A stretch of DNA of 61,429 nt, the filler included, from Ionaspis alba (taxonomy: Eukaryota): assembly GCA_964255285.1 (NCBI GenBank). It is 6 parts of 6 records of this genome, joined end to end, with 100 filler letters (N's around TTAATTAATTAA, not from the genome) between each part and the next. Parts side by side here need not be neighbours in the genome. Positions count along the whole stretch, not along the records: positions 51,310 to 61,429 come from CAXUUL010000622.1; 5 more parts are not named here. One strand, written 5' to 3'. A model generated the notes under the pieces. That model made no database searches. It was given only the letters and a program-made list of their open reading frames with translations, and was not told the origin of the DNA. The position numbers and the translations under genes were made by a program. Shown here in pieces: positions 60,406-61,429 of this stretch; position 1 is the stretch's first letter; every line of letters starts with the position of its first letter.

Positions 60406-61429
60406 ATGCCGGTGGGCATTGAACGCCTCAATGCGCGTCGCCAGATACCCAACTCCCGCATCGTCTTTATCAAACCACTACCGGGTCCAACCTCCAAGTA
60501 CGCAGAAGACTTCCTCGAGCGAGTCGCCGCAATCTGCCATCCGATCATGAAATCGCACCACCTCTCCGTGATGTCCCTCGAAGAATACGAACCCAACCGG
60601 GAATTTATCGGTCGTAACTTCAACGCCGGAGAGGTCATACAACTAGTCTTGAAAGGACATGGCGGGGGCTGGATGAGCTTCAGAAGTGTGGTGATGGTTA
60701 TGATGCATGAGCTTGCGCATTGTGTGCAAATGAATCATGGGAAGAAGTTCTGGGAGGTCAGAAACTTGTTTGCCGGGGAGATGAGGGGGTTGTGGACGAA
60801 AGGCTATACTGGGGATGGTTTCTGGGGTCATGGGAAGACTCTTTTGAGTGGGGAGTATGAGAATCAAGCAGGCCTGAAAGAAGAGGAGATGCCAGACCAT
60901 TTGTGCGGTGGCACCTTCAGGAGCAGGAGGGGAAGAAAGAGGAAGAGAGGGAAGAGTGGTGTGGATGGCCTAAGCTACGCAGAAAAGAAGCAAAGGCGGA
61001 TTGCGAAGAAATTCGGAATCAATGGTGTGAAACTGGGTGATGATGAGGAGGTCAGAGTGAAGCTGGAGCAAGGAAAGAGACCGAAAGGAAAGCCAAGGGT
61101 TGCTGGGAGCGCCAGAGGAAGGGAGCTGCGGGCTGCGGCCGCCCTGGCGAGATTTGGACAGCAACAAAAAAGAGAAGAGAAAGATGAGGTGGTGAAGCGA
61201 GAAGAGGAAACTAGTGATAGTGGTAGTGAGTCCGCCACTGATGGTGAAGATGTCAGTGTGAAGGGCGAGGATGCTACGGATTTGAATGGCAAGAAGCTTC
61301 TTGACGTCGCAGGGAAGGGTATGATCAAAGTTTGTGAAGACGAAGATACCGACGATATCCATGTCAAGGAAGAGATGCAGGAACTACAGGACATCAACGA
61401 GATCGCACAGGCCGAAGAGCTTCTAAGCA
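60406..61429 (+). CDS. WLM-domain (Wss1-like) zinc metalloprotease, 3' end truncated by the window end; absent from the ORF track
   Basis: Manual translation gives MPVGIERLNARR...FLERVAAICHPIMKSHHLSVMSLEEYEPNREFIGRNFNAGEVIQLVLK...MMHELAHCVQMNHGKKFW, with the HExxH motif. No stop was seen before the window end. Confidence 0.9.
   Translation, partial: MPVGIERLNARRQIPNSRIVFIKPLPGPTSKYAEDFLERVAAICHPIMKSHHLSVMSLEEYEPNREFIGRNFNAGEVIQLVLKGHGGGWMSFRSVVMVMMHELAHCVQMNHGKKFWEVRNLFAGEMRGLWTKGYTGDGFWGHGKTLLSGEYENQAGLKEEEMPDHLCGGTFRSRRGRKRKRGKSGVDGLSYAEKKQRRIAKKFGINGVKLGDDEEVRVKLEQGKRPKGKPRVAGSARGRELRAAAALARFGQQQKREEKDEVVKREEETSDSGSESATDGEDVSVKGEDATDLNGKKLLDVAGKGMIKVCEDEDTDDIHVKEEMQELQDINEIAQAEELLS

Overview
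Intron-rich filamentous ascomycete (Pezizomycotina-type) DNA. The window is not one locus. It is six scaffolds of about 10.1-10.2 kb, in decreasing length order (10216, 10156, 10155, 10145, 10137, 10120 bp), joined by an artificial N44-TTAATTAATTAA-N44 linker, so gene order across linkers should not be read as synteny. Scaffold 1 looks accessory: a HeLo-like/STAND-N-terminal + ubiquitin-like + Zn-ribbon gene, a C2H2x2-TPR gene, a small orphan gene and a Clr5-TPR gene with a probable premature stop. Scaffolds 2-6 are mostly housekeeping: ELP1, COX7C, ILV6, Tag1-like, eIF3d, LRG1, an ALY/Yra1-like RRM gene, a PKA-like catalytic subunit, VMA11, ROM2, PAM17, HEL2, an RfeD-like regulator, an MBL-fold protein, alternative oxidase, VPS71 and a WLM protease. 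They also carry a 12-Cys small secreted protein and two pseudogenes. The best candidate for something undescribed is the scaffold 1 cluster of NLR-type parts without any visible NTPase, which is an inference. Smaller points of interest are a possible poison 3' splice site in the ALY-like gene and consensus Leu3/LeuB and AOD2-AOD5/AcuK-AcuM sites upstream of ILV6 and AOX. All family calls come from recognising sequence by eye; no database search was run.
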